DNA from: Acanthaster planci
Taxonomy: Eukaryota
Length of the DNA: 64,000 nucleotides
Direction: 5' to 3'
NCBI RefSeq assembly: GCF_001949145.1
Contig: NW_019091355.1
Span: 3,702,646-3,766,645 of the forward strand
Shown here: one piece after another, positions 62,318 through 64,000 of the stretch
How the letters are laid out: each line of letters begins with the position of its first letter
How positions within the stretch are numbered: position 1 is the stretch's first letter
Made by a program: the position numbers and the translations under genes
The notes under the pieces: generated by a model
Seen by the model: only the letters and a program-made list of their open reading frames with translations
Told to the model about the DNA's origin: nothing
The model's database searches: none

Positions 62318-64000
62318 CTGGGCAGATCAACCAAATCAAAATCCATTTTAATAAAATCATAACGGGTTGATCAAATTTAAGAATTCATTAAATTGAAGAC
62401 AAAAGTCTGGTTCCTGCCGCATGTAAGAAGGAAGGACGGAAAAAAGACCGCTCTGATTTGTGATGTCTGTTTCCAATGGAAATATTGCAAAGAGAATACA
62501 TATCCAGAAACACAATGAAAGACAGCCTATTTTCAAGTGCTGATAATTCGGCATCCGAGAGAAAAGTCACTTTCAGAGTCGAAACCCTGAAATCTCTCAA
62601 ATCTGAACACAAACATAGCGTCCACACTCCTGGCGATCCGTACTTTAAGTCATTACCCTCTGAATTTTGCCCCACAGTTTTTTTGGTCTACGGTACCACA
62701 ATCACCGAGTAAACAGCAGTAACATATGAAGGTTTACTGTTCCATGACAGGTTTTCACACTGAAAACTAATAATTTTGTGCAAATATGAATTCTGCTAAA
62801 AATGACAGACACCTTTTGGGTTACTCCGCCCACACTTTAAAAACTTCTCAGGCTATGACTACTGAGGGCGCTGTTTACTCTGATGCCACTTCAGGCACAC
62901 GCACCTATTTGGGGGTTAAACCATACAAATTATGGACACCCAGTGTAGCAGACTGAAAATGTATGAGCAAAAAGTTTACTAAATGACAAGCTGTCACATA
63001 CTGAGGGAGAAAAATTAACATGACAACTTGACCATGGCAACCGGTAAGCGCGAAGCTTTTGTAACCACTGAACATTCTGCAGAGGACATCACTGCACGAT
63101 GCTGTCTTGACTTTGCAAATTTTCACCGACAAGCCTGTGAAGTCTTTCATTTTTACGTACATAAAAATTTTATCAAAAGATTGTTCATGTGATGCCAAAA
63201 AAGGAGTAAAAAACAGAATTTGCGACTCATGAATGGACGGTCACAGGTCTAGCAACTGCCCGACAGGCCAACTTTTTAAGACTTCAAGCTATCCAACGCC
63301 CAATACAGAGAAGCATCTACTCTAGGTTATCATGATAGATCAATAGTTCTCCACACCTTGCTAGCAATGAACAGCTGTCACACATGTTCAAAAAACTTGA
63401 ATTTCACAACTTAAGCAGTGCCTTTCAATTGCTGTTAATGAAATGATTACCAGCCCCTCGCATCCTGGAGTTCAACAAGGTGTCACAGAGGATGAGCCGT
63501 GTCAAATTAACTCGACCAGGAAATGAAATTACGGAAAACAAAGGCCTGGCCAGCCTCTTCGGCCGAATGAATTAACGACCCTGCATTGGTCAGGTCCTCT
63601 TCCTTCCTGAGTATAATTAGATGACTGGGGACAAGTCTAAAACCTCCTCCGCCAACCCGCCCACCATCCACGAGGAGACAGTTCCCACCCTACAGAAAAC
63701 CCACAACTTCCTGTCAAGCTCCTGCTCACTTCCAGCAGGCAGGCTGGGGAATTTGGAATAAGCACTTCAATTTTTCAGAATACGACAACCCTGCCTCCAG
63801 GTAATTAAAAAAAAAAAGAATTTTTTTTTTCTTCTCTTGAGGCCTGTCGTCCTGTTTCCTTGAGTCACTAATGCCATTTCCTCTTCAGCCCCTCCCCCCC
63901 AAAAATATCATGGAATTGCCAAATCATGTTACATAACTGTCTTAAATGTCCTTCGACATGCAAGGACTTCAAAGAAGGGGGAAAATATAAACCAGCTGGG

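Overview
Eukaryotic (animal) genomic DNA with GT-AG introns and four assembly gaps. It is most likely an invertebrate deuterostome such as an echinoderm; this is inferred from the TCF N-terminus, the MITE/SINE content and the mosaic CpG pattern. Four protein-coding genes can be spliced by hand. (1) The 5' end of a TCF/LEF gene on the minus strand: two exons at 21.2-20.8 kb encode the beta-catenin-binding domain, followed by about 20 kb of apparent intron. (2) A complete ATAD1/Msp1 AAA+ ATPase on the minus strand (8 coding exons, 374 aa). (3) A complete NOLC1/Nopp140 on the plus strand (5 exons, 1047 aa), head-to-head with ATAD1. (4) The last three coding exons of PTEN on the minus strand (C2 domain and tail). 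The human orthologues of all four lie on 10q23-25, which points to old linkage. The CpG-rich 12 kb upstream of TCF holds several TCF HMG-site plus Helper-site pairs, a candidate Wnt autoregulatory region. ATAD1 has a coupled 4-nt tandem donor/acceptor, a splice donor 1 nt after its stop codon, and an inverted MITE pair around its last two coding exons. No prokaryotic-type system, CRISPR array, rRNA or tRNA was seen. All calls were made by eye, with no database searches.
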